Below are positions 21,632-31,218 of a stretch of 64,000 bases of DNA, piece by piece. The notes under the pieces were generated by a model. The model was not told the origin of the DNA. It made no database searches and saw only the letters and a program-made list of their open reading frames with translations. Every line of letters starts with the position of its first letter. Position 1 is the stretch's first letter. The stretch lies in IMG/VR virus record IMGVR_UViG_3300008117_007749, one strand, 5' to 3'. The translations under genes and the position numbers were made by a program. This stretch comes from a virus.

Positions 21632-22330
21632 TTACTTCTTTCTTTTCTTCTTTCTTGCTTTAGCAGCTTTTGCTTTTGTCCATAAATCAGCGTCTGCTTT
21701 TCTTGCTCCACCAGCGCCAGTAATGAATGAATTAACTCTACCCATTCCCCATTGATGTTGAGCAACCCCTGGTCTATGACCAGCATTCCAAGCTTGCATT
21801 CCTTTAGAAAAAACTTTTCTTAAAATACCAACAGGAATTCCAGAAGCTTTTGATTTCTTTTTAAGAGAAGCGGTTACTCCAGACTTTTTAGATTCATCCA
21901 ATCCTTCTAATTCATCAGAAACACTACCATGTTTATTTATAGTATCGATAATTTGTTTAACAACATAAACTTCCAAATCCAACTCAATTGCAATTTGATC
22001 TTCAGTAAGACCCATTTCTAAAAGTTCTCTAACATCTTCCATATCAGCATGTGTAAAATCCTCAAATGTATAAGACTCGTAATAATCACCTTCTTCTTCC
22101 TCTCTTGGGTTGTAAGGTCCTCCTATCCAATTTTCATCACTAGTAGATTCTCTGTCTAATTCAGATATCCAATCTTCGGTTTCTAAGGAATGGAATAACT
22201 CCTCTAATTCATCATCAGTCATTGCCTCAAGTTCTTCTCTTTCGAATGTAGATGTTGAAGAAAGAGTCTCAATCATTTCTTCTCTATTTAATGGTTCTCT
22301 AAAACTCTCAAATGTTTTTAAGTATCTCAT
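21632..22330 (-). CDS. DUF5824-like protein with CTS-like N-terminus and a possible HTH
   Basis: True start MRYLKTFESF (22330); ILRKVFSKGMQAWNAGHRPGVAQHQWGMGRVNSF. Confidence 0.7.
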   Translation of the reverse strand: MRYLKTFESFREPLNREEMIETLSSTSTFEREELEAMTDDELEELFHSLETEDWISELDRESTSDENWIGGPYNPREEEEGDYYESYTFEDFTHADMEDVRELLEMGLTEDQIAIELDLEVYVVKQIIDTINKHGSVSDELEGLDESKKSGVTASLKKKSKASGIPVGILRKVFSKGMQAWNAGHRPGVAQHQWGMGRVNSFITGAGGARKADADLWTKAKAAKARKKKRKK

Positions 22331-22343
22331 ATATTTAATTTTT

Positions 22344-22889
22344 TTATTTATTTCCAAACATTTTTTGGTATGCTTTAGTTGCTGCTGATTTTTTAGTTTT
22401 AACTCTTTTACCCTCACCTCCTTTACCAGACGAGTAATCAGCATCCCAGTCTTTTTTATACTCTTTTTTTCCTCTAAATGTGTCAATTTCTTTCTTCATT
22501 TTACCAGGATTTTTAGTTAAATATTTTCCTGGAATTTTACGGCCTTTATACTTTTGTGCTTTAACTCTTTCGGATATTCCCAAAATTCCTTGAATGTCTT
22601 TTTCAATAATATCTAGCCCTTCATCAATAGAATCCACATAAGTTTGAAAATCAGTAGTATCACCAACAAACTTTGCTACATACATTTGATCTATATCAAA
22701 TTCATACCTTATAGATAAATCATCTTTTGTAAAATTTACAACCACCTCGTGATCAGACTTATTTTCCCACTCATAAATGATACTATTATCAGAAAGACCA
22801 TCGATAAGGTCTTTTAATTCTTGCATCTTAGCATCAATAACATTGTCGCTATTTTCAATGAACTCTCTGAATAATTTTATTTTTTTCAT
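22344..22889 (-). CDS. Putative internal head protein with basic C-terminus
   Basis: MKKIKLFREFIE; KTKKSAATKAYQKMFG tail. Confidence 0.6.
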   Translation of the reverse strand: MKKIKLFREFIENSDNVIDAKMQELKDLIDGLSDNSIIYEWENKSDHEVVVNFTKDDLSIRYEFDIDQMYVAKFVGDTTDFQTYVDSIDEGLDIIEKDIQGILGISERVKAQKYKGRKIPGKYLTKNPGKMKKEIDTFRGKKEYKKDWDADYSSGKGGEGKRVKTKKSAATKAYQKMFGNK

Positions 22890-22906
22890 ATCGATATATA
22901 TTAAAT

Positions 22907-22932
22907 AAACAAATTCATTTCTTTATAATATC
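22907..22932 (+). promoter_or_regulatory. Putative middle-type promoter AAAC-N15-TAATAT
   Basis: Same spacing upstream of polymerase, primase, FKBP and deformylase. Confidence 0.4.
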
Positions 22933-22940
22933 ATGTTTAT

Positions 22941-23714
22941 ATGGCTAATAAGATTAAATTCGTATTTAAATCAGATAAAATTTCTGAATTCATTGAGAGA
23001 TTAGAAGATCTTACTAAAATCGAAGATACTATAAAACTCAAAATAGATTCAGATAATATTCTTATGTACTCTATTCTTGGAGGAAATGTTATGTTGGCTT
23101 TTAAAAATTTTTTGTTAAAAACTGATGACTTCTTCAATTTTGATGAATTCGATTTTACTTTAGATATTATTATAGTAAATGCTAAAAAATTTGTTAAAAA
23201 CTTAAATTTTTTGACTTCATCTGACAAAGTTACAATCGAATATACTTACAAAGAATCAAACGATGATGATAATATAATGAATGCTCGTTCAATGCAAGTT
23301 GTGGGTGGAAAATTAAAAGTAAATTGGTTAGCAGGAGAACATTATGAATTAAGGGATATTAATAAAACTACACTAAGAAACAATCTTGATATCAAAAAAA
23401 GAATATGGTCTTTTAAAATTTCACAATGTGATTTCTCTGATGTAAAAAAACTATCAAATATAAATTCTGATAGAATTATCAATATAAATATTGATAACGG
23501 TCGAGTAATTTTTTCCGAAAAGGCGGCATGGGAATTAGAAATAGACTCAATTGATGATGATAGAAATTCTAATTTAATGCTAAATAAAAGATTTTTATCA
23601 TGTATAACTGATTCAAAAGATATAGAATTTAGCATTTTTGATAATTTTATGTTAATCCAAGAAGAAAATTCTAATTTGATGCTATCCTTTGAACAAGATT
23701 TTTCCGACGATTAA
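22941..23714 (+). CDS. Putative DNA sliding clamp (gp45/PCNA-like)
   Basis: 257 aa, two-domain helix/strand pattern (FIERLEDLTKI..IKLKI; FSDVKKLSNI..ININI), ends LMLSFEQD; replication context. Confidence 0.5.
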   Translation: MANKIKFVFKSDKISEFIERLEDLTKIEDTIKLKIDSDNILMYSILGGNVMLAFKNFLLKTDDFFNFDEFDFTLDIIIVNAKKFVKNLNFLTSSDKVTIEYTYKESNDDDNIMNARSMQVVGGKLKVNWLAGEHYELRDINKTTLRNNLDIKKRIWSFKISQCDFSDVKKLSNINSDRIININIDNGRVIFSEKAAWELEIDSIDDDRNSNLMLNKRFLSCITDSKDIEFSIFDNFMLIQEENSNLMLSFEQDFSDD

Positions 23715-23746
23715 TATTTTTTATTATATTAGCTAAAAATATAACT

Positions 23747-24088
23747 ATGCTACCAAAAGACCGACAAATCTGGAAATTAAAAAGAAAAATATCAATACTC
23801 ATAATAACATCGCTTGCTTTAGTATATTGGATAAGACTCAATTATTCAGAAATAGAATCTCACCGATATGAAGTTGAATCTTTGAATATGGATGTTCTTG
23901 AAAAAGAAACTATAATCAGAGATTTAAAAGAAAAATTAGACTCTATTAATAAAGTAAAAATTCAAACAATTCAGAAGCCAAAAAATTTAATAAATAATAA
24001 AAAAATAATTCTGGAAAAAAAGGATACAGTGATTCCGCAAAAAATAGATAGTGTTCCACAAATAATAATTGACACAACCTCTAATTGA
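23747..24088 (+). CDS. Single-TM coiled-coil protein, possible i-spanin
   Basis: Basic N-terminus, TM ISILIITSLALVYWI, heptad region. Confidence 0.5.
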   Translation: MLPKDRQIWKLKRKISILIITSLALVYWIRLNYSEIESHRYEVESLNMDVLEKETIIRDLKEKLDSINKVKIQTIQKPKNLINNKKIILEKKDTVIPQKIDSVPQIIIDTTSN

Positions 24089-24102
24089 AATAAAAGTAAT
24101 AA

Positions 24103-24642
24103 ATGAGAAACAACAATTTTAGAAAAAGACCCGAAATAAAAAGAAAACACAAAATAAATTCAGAACTTAATTTTCCTGAAGTAAGATTGGTTGGTCGGGG
24201 AGAGCCTTTTGTTATCTCTACATCTGAAGCACAAAAAATTGCAAACTCAGAGGAAAAAGATTTAATCCTAATTAACGAATCTCAAAATCCACCAATTGTT
24301 AGAATAGAAGACTATAATAAATTCTTATATGTATTAGAAAAGACAGAAAAAGAAAAAAAGAAGATTGCCAATAAATCTCAACTCAAAGAAATTCAACTAT
24401 CTGTAAATATTTCAGATCACGATCTTGAAACAAAGGCAAAAAAAGGCAGAGAGTTTTTAAAAGACGGTGATAAAGTAAAAGTTGTTATTTCACTTAAAGG
24501 TCGTCAAAAAGCAAATCCTGAAAGAGGTGAATTAGTAATGCTTAAATTCACACAACTAGTTGAAGAGTTTGGAATTCCTGAAAGTATGCCTAAATTAGAA
24601 GGAGGTAAATGGTTGATGATGATGAAAACAAAAAAGAAGTAA
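24103..24642 (+). CDS. infC: Translation initiation factor IF-3
   Basis: INSEL..PEVRLV, PPIVRIEDYNKF.Y, LKEIQLS..I..HDL.TK, GDKVKV...KGR. Confidence 0.95.
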   Translation: MRNNNFRKRPEIKRKHKINSELNFPEVRLVGRGEPFVISTSEAQKIANSEEKDLILINESQNPPIVRIEDYNKFLYVLEKTEKEKKKIANKSQLKEIQLSVNISDHDLETKAKKGREFLKDGDKVKVVISLKGRQKANPERGELVMLKFTQLVEEFGIPESMPKLEGGKWLMMMKTKKK

Positions 24643-24643
24643 T

Positions 24644-24799
24644 TTAAAATACCTCTTCGTCACTACTTTCAAGTTCATAAATATACCCATTATAAACTAT
24701 CCAAGTATTTGAACTTAAATTAAAAGTTCTTACATAGACTTCTACTACTCCATTTTTTTTGATTGTGATTTTGTTTTCTGAAATTTTTACTGTACCCAT
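24644..24799 (-). CDS. Small hypothetical protein (51 aa, not in ORF track)
   Basis: MGTVKISENKITIKKNGVVEVYVRTFNLSSNTWIVYNGYIYELESSDEEVF; AATATATA upstream; fills the intergenic gap exactly. Confidence 0.5.
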   Translation of the reverse strand: MGTVKISENKITIKKNGVVEVYVRTFNLSSNTWIVYNGYIYELESSDEEVF

Positions 24800-24854
24800 T
24801 AAACACCGTTATTTTTTCATATATATTGACTTTAAAATCGATTTTTTTTCAAAA

Positions 24855-24879
24855 AAACTTTTTTGGTTATTGTAATATA
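24855..24879 (+). promoter_or_regulatory. Putative middle-type promoter AAAC-N14-TAATATA
   Basis: aaac-ttttttggttattg-taatata, 6 nt before the polymerase ATG. Confidence 0.4.
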
Positions 24880-24885
24880 AAATTT

Positions 24886-26319
24886 ATGACTAAAGAAGAG
24901 AAAATCAAAAAAATTGAATTACTCAAAAAAAAGGCTTCGGACTTAAAAAAAGAAGTTGATTATTATAACGCATTACAACTAGCTCTTAAACTTGTATTAA
25001 ATGGATCATACGGTGCTTTTGCAACTTCTTATTTTATTCTTTATAACAACCATGTCGCTGGTACAATCACAGCACAAGGTCGAGATTTAACTAGAACGAT
25101 GGATAAAGTAAATGAAGACTATTGGTACAAACAATGGCATTCAGACCACGAACTACACTACAAGTTAGGAATAAAAAATGTAACACCAATAGATAAAGAT
25201 AAACCAGTTTCTATATATGCTGACACCGATTCACTATTTGTTACATTTAAACCAGCAATTGACCACTCAGAGTGGCAAAATTTAATTTTTAATGAAGATT
25301 ATCTTACTAATTTTGAAAAAAAATTTTTACTACTCACCACTAACGAAGATTTTAAAACAAATTCTATAAATTGTTTAGGAATTTTCAATAAAGTTGCAGA
25401 TTTAGAAAAAAATCTAAATTTACCCTATGATATTTTATTAATAGATGGTAATCTAGTAAAGGATAGAAAACTAAACTCACTAATAGACAATGGAGTTTTG
25501 ACATCAGAAATCAGATGGAACTGGTCAAATGAAACCGATTATATTCAAGGAATAGACCAGTTTAGATATGCTGGTTATTTTAAAAAGTGTCTCGAAGACT
25601 ACGCCTCTTCATTTGGTGTCGAAAATAAAGAAGACTTTGAACTTGAAAGAATTTCTGAATCAATTATTAACATTGCTAAAAAGAAATACATCCAACATAT
25701 TCTTTTTGAAGATGGCATACCATATGATAGACTAACTTATCTTTATCCAAAAGGCGTTGAACTAGTTCGTTCTTCTACTCCAGCTTTTGCTAGAGACAAG
25801 ATTGTAGGAATCGTTAAGTATCTTTTTTCACACCCAGACACTTTTAACATTAAAGAGTTATTAAAATTAGTAAAAAATCTGAGAAAAGAATTTGAACTAG
25901 CAGATATTGATGATATTGCAATGCAGTCGTCTTGTTCAAATTATGATGTTAAGGTTTTAAATGATAAGACACTACCATTGCAATTTGTTTCAGGAGCTCA
26001 CTTCGCTGTTAAATCTGCCGCTCATTACAATTACTTACTATCTAAAGACAAAGAAATGCAACAAAAGTATGAGTTTATTAAATCCGGAACTAAAATTAAG
26101 TACTATGTTTGTAAAGATAAATCAATAACTGATATGTTTGCTTATATTAGGGGTTCTTTTCCTATGGAATTTGCTCCACAAATAGACTTTGATGAACAAT
26201 TTGAGAAGTCTATTCTTTCTCCGGTAAATTCAATTATAGAACCATTAGGAATGCCAGAAATAACCAAAAGATTATCAGTTGTTATGGATATTTTTAGCGG
26301 ATTTGGAAAAGGTTTTTAA
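24886..26319 (+). CDS. Family B DNA polymerase, C-terminal subunit of a split gene (gp43B-like)
   Basis: QLALKLVLNGSYG (motif B), YADTDS (motif C), AKKKY, KGVELVRSSTP; no exonuclease or motif A upstream. Confidence 0.9.
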   Translation: MTKEEKIKKIELLKKKASDLKKEVDYYNALQLALKLVLNGSYGAFATSYFILYNNHVAGTITAQGRDLTRTMDKVNEDYWYKQWHSDHELHYKLGIKNVTPIDKDKPVSIYADTDSLFVTFKPAIDHSEWQNLIFNEDYLTNFEKKFLLLTTNEDFKTNSINCLGIFNKVADLEKNLNLPYDILLIDGNLVKDRKLNSLIDNGVLTSEIRWNWSNETDYIQGIDQFRYAGYFKKCLEDYASSFGVENKEDFELERISESIINIAKKKYIQHILFEDGIPYDRLTYLYPKGVELVRSSTPAFARDKIVGIVKYLFSHPDTFNIKELLKLVKNLRKEFELADIDDIAMQSSCSNYDVKVLNDKTLPLQFVSGAHFAVKSAAHYNYLLSKDKEMQQKYEFIKSGTKIKYYVCKDKSITDMFAYIRGSFPMEFAPQIDFDEQFEKSILSPVNSIIEPLGMPEITKRLSVVMDIFSGFGKGF

Positions 26320-27014
26320 AAAACTTTATGATAAAGTAAATTAGATTTAGGAAAACTAAAGTATTCAGATGTAAATTGATGGTTATAGGTTTTATAAATA
26401 TAACACTCAAAATCATTGATAGCAACTAAATAGTTAGTAACAAGTTTTTTCAAATGACCTTTACATCGAATAAAGTCTCTAGTCTTACCCGTTGAGAAAT
26501 TATCTAAAGTTTTAATTTGAGCGGATTCAATACCTTGGTTTATTTTCCAAAATAAATCATAACCTTGTTCGTCTCTTTCTCTTTTTGGTTTAAAGGGATT
26601 AATTACAACACCAGTGGAGTCAAAATATTCAATTAAAACATCTTTAGCTTTTTCTTCTAAACTTCTACCACGATTATAAGAATTGGTCAATATTTTAATT
26701 ACTTTATCGAAATATTGACCATTTGGATGATATAGTTCGTTTTGATTTTTTGAAATCCACTCAACTAAATCAAAAATTGTATTTGAAGGCGAGATACTAT
26801 TAACATAATCAATTAGAAGTCTATTATTTTTTGATAATCTCAAAATTTCACCCCTAATTTTTAATCCATGATTACTTACAAAATAAGTATTTATATAACC
26901 CCACACGCTTCTACAAGCGAATATTAATGCTGTTCCAATTTCATCTTTTTCAATCTCTGTTAAAGGAGTTTGTAAAGACTCATAAAAACTAGACCATTTC
27001 TTTATTCGATTCAT
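26316..27014 (-). CDS. PD-(D/E)XK-like endonuclease with CTS-like N-terminus
   Basis: GRSLEE...DEQGYDLF...SAQIKT; MNRIKKWSSFYES. Confidence 0.55.
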   Translation of the reverse strand: MNRIKKWSSFYESLQTPLTEIEKDEIGTALIFACRSVWGYINTYFVSNHGLKIRGEILRLSKNNRLLIDYVNSISPSNTIFDLVEWISKNQNELYHPNGQYFDKVIKILTNSYNRGRSLEEKAKDVLIEYFDSTGVVINPFKPKRERDEQGYDLFWKINQGIESAQIKTLDNFSTGKTRDFIRCKGHLKKLVTNYLVAINDFECYIYKTYNHQFTSEYFSFPKSNLLYHKVF

Positions 27015-27046
27015 AGGGGTATATATTAAGTATTGATATATAATTT

Positions 27047-27277
27047 ATGAAAAATGAAGAATTATATAAAGAATATGTAACTTATTTAGATTGGAGATTA
27101 AATGAATCACAAATAAGTAGGGGTAAATGGTCTCTTTTAAAAATAAGTAAAACATCTTTTGATGATTTTAAAGTTAGAATAGAAAATGATGAAACTTTCA
27201 ATGATATGATAATAGAACTTATGAAAACAGAAATAAGAGATAAAAAAATAGATGATATTTTCGATGACTTTAATTGA
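27047..27277 (+). CDS. Small protein with C-terminal RDKKIDDIF tag
   Basis: 76 aa; GATATATA-N4-ATG. Confidence 0.65.
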   Translation: MKNEELYKEYVTYLDWRLNESQISRGKWSLLKISKTSFDDFKVRIENDETFNDMIIELMKTEIRDKKIDDIFDDFN

Positions 27278-27656
27278 GACTATAAAAGTTGATGATAAAA
27301 TGGTTTCGTTTTTTAATGGAATCGATTTAGATGTTATTATGAATCATCCTAAAGATGGATCCAGCGGATTCATCTTTTGTTTTATAGATAGTTGGGTAAA
27401 AGAAGTTAAATCCTGGGAAAGACAATCAAAGATTAACTCGGTTCTAAATGATGAAGTAGTAAAAAAATTTAAAAATCAAGATATTGAAAATAGTTACATC
27501 GCAATATATCAATTAGATGGCACGGAACCAGGAGTTTTATTTCAAATTATAAAAGAAAAAGTTATAAACAAAAACTTTCCTGAGCATCCATATATTCCGA
27601 TATCAGGAGTTGATAAAGGAGCCTGGAAGATAGGAAAAACAAGGGTTTCAAACTAA
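27264..27656 (+). CDS. Hypothetical protein with internal RQSKINSVL tag
   Basis: Overlaps the upstream gene. Confidence 0.6.
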   Translation: MTLIETIKVDDKMVSFFNGIDLDVIMNHPKDGSSGFIFCFIDSWVKEVKSWERQSKINSVLNDEVVKKFKNQDIENSYIAIYQLDGTEPGVLFQIIKEKVINKNFPEHPYIPISGVDKGAWKIGKTRVSN

Positions 27657-27668
27657 ATATATACCTTA

Positions 27669-28184
27669 ATGAGAAGTGATAAACATACTATGAAGCACTT
27701 AATGAGATATGAAGGATATACATCCAAAGAAAGAACGGATGACATCTTAGATAAAATTTCTAAGTATGGAATAAAATCGCTTACTCCATTAGAAAAAGAA
27801 TTTTTAGACTCACATAAAATAGGCAAAGAAGAAGAATTACATGATAAATTGGCAAAATCAGAAACTGAAAATACATTTGAAGACGATAATGGTTTTTTTA
27901 AATTTGAGTTTGATTATTGCGAAGACTATGGTGATGAATTACACTATATAGGAACACTTTATGTTCCAGATTTAGTTTGGCCAAATGGTAAAAGAATTGA
28001 AGGAAGATTGGAAGGAAGAATAGTTGTCTTTGAGAATGGACAGATATCTCCAGATTTCTATTCAATACAAAAAGATTCAAAATCTCAAGATAATTATGAC
28101 GTATTTGAGTTTTGTAATGGACTGGAGTATGAATTAGACTCTTTTTTAGATTATGTTGTTTCTGAATTAGAACAAAAAGATTAA
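27669..28184 (+). CDS. DUF6576-like motif protein with CTS-like peptide
   Basis: MKHLMRYEGY followed by DDILDKISKYGIKSLTPLEKEFL. Confidence 0.65.
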   Translation: MRSDKHTMKHLMRYEGYTSKERTDDILDKISKYGIKSLTPLEKEFLDSHKIGKEEELHDKLAKSETENTFEDDNGFFKFEFDYCEDYGDELHYIGTLYVPDLVWPNGKRIEGRLEGRIVVFENGQISPDFYSIQKDSKSQDNYDVFEFCNGLEYELDSFLDYVVSELEQKD

Positions 28185-28222
28185 TTTCAAAATTTTATAT
28201 ATACAAAAAAATAAAAATTAAA

Positions 28223-28717
28223 ATGATTAAAAGATATAATCAATTTGTAAAAGGTAAATTAAACGAAGATTTAGGAATGGAACCTGAATTAGAAGCTCCT
28301 GTAAGAGATCTACCGTCTTTAGGTGGAAGACCACCTATCAATCGACCATCCGAAATGGAAGCAGAGTTTGAAGGTGAAGAAGAAGAAGTAGCTACTGATA
28401 AATATGAAATAGCACTTCAAACTTTAGCAGATGCTGCTGGAGTTGATTTCACACCTGGTCAAAAATCAGTTGTAATTGATGGAAAAGAGGTAACATTTCC
28501 AGCAGAAACAGAAAAATATCATATCAAAGGTGTAAAAAAATATTTTACCACACCGGAAGATGTTTTAGCTAACTTAGGAAGTCAATCAACAGCTTCTGGA
28601 CAAAAACAAGAAGTCAAAGATGAAATGACATCTTTAAAAGATGAAGAAATTATCGACTCTGGCGAGCAATTTGAATCAAAAAGTTACAAAAGTACTAGAA
28701 GAAAAAACAAAAGATGA
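28223..28717 (+). CDS. Putative internal head protein
   Basis: MIKRYNQFVKGKLNE; acidic body, basic tail. Confidence 0.6.
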   Translation: MIKRYNQFVKGKLNEDLGMEPELEAPVRDLPSLGGRPPINRPSEMEAEFEGEEEEVATDKYEIALQTLADAAGVDFTPGQKSVVIDGKEVTFPAETEKYHIKGVKKYFTTPEDVLANLGSQSTASGQKQEVKDEMTSLKDEEIIDSGEQFESKSYKSTRRKNKR

Positions 28718-28833
28718 AAAAAATAATATTAATCGCAATCTTAAGCACAATTACAATATCTTGTAAAACTTCTAAACATACTAAATGCGACGCATATACA
28801 AAATTAGAAATAAAAAAAGACCATCAAATTTGA
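28714..28833 (+). CDS. Small lipoprotein (39 aa, not in ORF track)
   Basis: MKKIILIAILSTITISC-KTSKHTKCDAY...: signal peptide with lipobox; ATGA overlap with upstream stop. Confidence 0.7.
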   Translation: MKKIILIAILSTITISCKTSKHTKCDAYTKLEIKKDHQI

Positions 28834-28845
28834 TGGTCTTTTTTT
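28812..28845. terminator. Bidirectional intrinsic terminator
   Basis: aaaaaaagaccatcaaatttgatggtcttttttt perfect inverted repeat. Confidence 0.85.
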
Positions 28846-28858
28846 TGTGAATAATTTT

Positions 28859-29167
28859 TTATTGTTCAACCTGTTTTTCTTTCTGAATCTTGTTAATGAT
28901 ATAACCAGAGACTGCAAATTCAGCCGCCGCCCAAAGTAAGAATTCACCCATAGTTAATGTTGAATGTTTTTCTAAAAGAAAAAATATCATACCCCATTGA
29001 GCGATAAGAAAAGCCGCTCCAGACTCAATTCTTTTCTTTGAAAAATAAGAGTCTTTCGCTGAATAGATCTTTATTAATTCTTTAATTCCCCATTTGATAT
29101 TTCCCCATCCAAAAAACAATTTTTTTCCAGTTTCTGTAGATGGTTCTACTTCTTTTTTGTTTGCCAT
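28859..29167 (-). CDS. Two-TM membrane protein, holin-like
   Basis: FSKKRIE followed by two hydrophobic helices and a basic tail; start MANKKE after AATATATA. Confidence 0.5.
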   Translation of the reverse strand: MANKKEVEPSTETGKKLFFGWGNIKWGIKELIKIYSAKDSYFSKKRIESGAAFLIAQWGMIFFLLEKHSTLTMGEFLLWAAAEFAVSGYIINKIQKEKQVEQ

Positions 29168-29230
29168 AGTGATTATTTTTTCTTTTATATATTCCTTAGG
29201 GAAAGTCAATTTTGTCAATATATAACTCTG

Positions 29231-29695
29231 ATGAGACTAATAAAAGTTTTAAAGTTTTTATCGACATCAAAAGATTCACATTTTTTATCAGTTGATAAGA
29301 AAACTTACAAAAGGTGGAAATACCTTATTATAGCAGCTGTTAAAATAAACAAAAACTACAAATCCGTTGAGATTTTTAGAAGAAAATTCAAAGTTTTAGA
29401 AGATTTTGTAGTTGTTGGATTGAAGTATAATGGGAAAAATGTAAGAAGAAGAACTTCAGGTTTTGCAAAAGAATTTGTTGAGCAAAACGAAGACGCTAAG
29501 TGCCTTTACTGTGATACTAAACTAACAATGGATAATGCGACAGCTGACCATATTATTCCTATTTCTGAAGGAGGTAACAATGCTCAAGTTAATTTAGTTG
29601 TCTGTTGTAAAGACTGTAACAATGAAAGAGGAAATTTAGATTTTAAATACTATTTATCAATAAAAAACGAATATAAATTAAAACACTTCATTTAA
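29231..29695 (+). CDS. HNH endonuclease
   Basis: CLYC...TADHIIPISEGG.N...NLVVCCKDCNNER. Confidence 0.9.
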   Translation: MRLIKVLKFLSTSKDSHFLSVDKKTYKRWKYLIIAAVKINKNYKSVEIFRRKFKVLEDFVVVGLKYNGKNVRRRTSGFAKEFVEQNEDAKCLYCDTKLTMDNATADHIIPISEGGNNAQVNLVVCCKDCNNERGNLDFKYYLSIKNEYKLKHFI

Positions 29696-30885
29696 AGATA
29701 TTTTAGACCGTCAAATTTTTTATTATAATCAATCTCTTCTATTTTATTTTTTTTCCTTTTAAATTTCGGAATCCATTTTAAATCTAAAACATCTTTAGAA
29801 AAGAAATTATTCAATTCTAATTTTTTATGTGGATTATCAACTAATGTAGATAATTTATTAATATCTTTAACTTTAGAAATTCTATGAAGTAAAGCATAAG
29901 GATCATCTACTTTTTTCTTTTCTACTATATCTTCAAAAAGTTTTTTCCATAAAAAAACAGGATATCCCTCTTTAATTTTTTCTTCAGACTTTTTGTAACC
30001 AGCTTCATCATTATCAAAAAAATATTGAATATCTAAATCATTATTTTCTAAAAATCTATAGTCGGTATTTACACCAACTAGTCCAATAGAATTAGGAAAA
30101 AACAATGAGTCCAAATAACCCTCAAATACCGTTATTGTATCACCAAAATTAATATTTAAAATATTAAAATAATAGGATAGTTTATTATAGACAACTAATT
30201 GATTTATATCCAATTCACTATCTGTATCTTTTCCTAAATTAATCCATTCAATAAGGTTTTCATAGTTATAAATTTTAAACATTCTGCGTTTTCCTTCTTT
30301 TAAGTTTCTTATTTGAAGACCCAATACTTTATCATCTCTGCGATTTAACATAACAATTATCCATTCATGTTCATCTTCATTTTTCCAAAACTTTGCTTGA
30401 TAGATATTTTTATGAAACTCGGCTGGTATTCCTCTACCTATTAGATATTTATAAACTCCGCCATTTACTTGAATTGGCTTAAAATCAGAAATAGGTGTTA
30501 AATCTTGAGAAAAAACTCTTTCTAATTCAGATAAGTCTATAAGGTCATCGAATTTAGCATCAACAAAGTCACCTTCATAATCAGAATAAGTCATAACACT
30601 GTTTAAGTGTTCTATCATTTCCAACTTTTTATCAGGATCAATTTGCTCGTTAAAATCTTTACAAAACTTATCTAAAGTTGTTTTTTTATCACAATTAAAA
30701 CAAATATAAATAAGACGATTAAGATATAGATTTCCTCTTTTTTTAAATTCTGATTTACCGTCACCACAATATGGACAGCAAACGTTTAATCTATCAGTAT
30801 ATTCAATTAACTTTCTTCTTCCTTTGGAAGAAAATTCTTTATTTAACACTGATTGAATTATATTTTTTATATAAATCTTATCCAT
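29692..30885 (-). CDS. DNA primase, T4 gp61-like
   Basis: Zn ribbon CPYCGD...CFNC; TOPRIM VFEGYLDS...FFDND; probable start MDKIY. Confidence 0.9.
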   Translation of the reverse strand: MDKIYIKNIIQSVLNKEFSSKGRRKLIEYTDRLNVCCPYCGDGKSEFKKRGNLYLNRLIYICFNCDKKTTLDKFCKDFNEQIDPDKKLEMIEHLNSVMTYSDYEGDFVDAKFDDLIDLSELERVFSQDLTPISDFKPIQVNGGVYKYLIGRGIPAEFHKNIYQAKFWKNEDEHEWIIVMLNRRDDKVLGLQIRNLKEGKRRMFKIYNYENLIEWINLGKDTDSELDINQLVVYNKLSYYFNILNINFGDTITVFEGYLDSLFFPNSIGLVGVNTDYRFLENNDLDIQYFFDNDEAGYKKSEEKIKEGYPVFLWKKLFEDIVEKKKVDDPYALLHRISKVKDINKLSTLVDNPHKKLELNNFFSKDVLDLKWIPKFKRKKNKIEEIDYNKKFDGLKYL

Positions 30886-30932
30886 CACATGATATATTAT
30901 GAAAACTATTAGGAGTTTTAATATAAAATAAG

Positions 30933-30940
30933 TATATTTG
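30933..30940 (+). promoter_or_regulatory. Bacteroidota -7 box TATATTTG (weak -33)
   Basis: Matches TAnnTTTG, 6 nt before ATG 30947. Confidence 0.45.
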
Positions 30941-30946
30941 TTTATT

Positions 30947-31183
30947 ATGACACTAAAAGAATTATACGAAGCCAATGTTGATGTGAGAGAGTCTCAAATA
31001 CCAATAGAGTGGAGAGAAAGTTTTAACCAATTTATGTTTGGAAGCACTTGTCAGGCAGAAACAAACGAAGACGGGTCGGTAAAAGAATTCATTTATTATG
31101 CTTGTGATTTTAGAGCTTGGTATTTCCAAAATGAACAAGCAATTGAGAGAGATTTAAAGATAAATAAAATAACTGATAAATAA
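30947..31183 (+). CDS. Small protein with C-terminal RDLKINKI tag
   Basis: 78 aa. Confidence 0.65.
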   Translation: MTLKELYEANVDVRESQIPIEWRESFNQFMFGSTCQAETNEDGSVKEFIYYACDFRAWYFQNEQAIERDLKINKITDK

Positions 31184-31218
31184 AAAAGTCCTCTTATTTA
31201 GAGGACTTTCTTTTTTTA
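31182..31218. terminator. Bidirectional intrinsic terminator
   Basis: aaagtcctct-tattt-agaggacttt hairpin. Confidence 0.75.

Noticed and set aside
25230-25540. Intein in the polymerase insertion
   Set aside because: No Cys/Ser start with His-Asn end and no LAGLIDADG blocks
29231-29695. HNH gene as an intron-borne homing endonuclease
   Set aside because: Free-standing between intact genes with its own promoter; no interrupted host gene or intron structure seen
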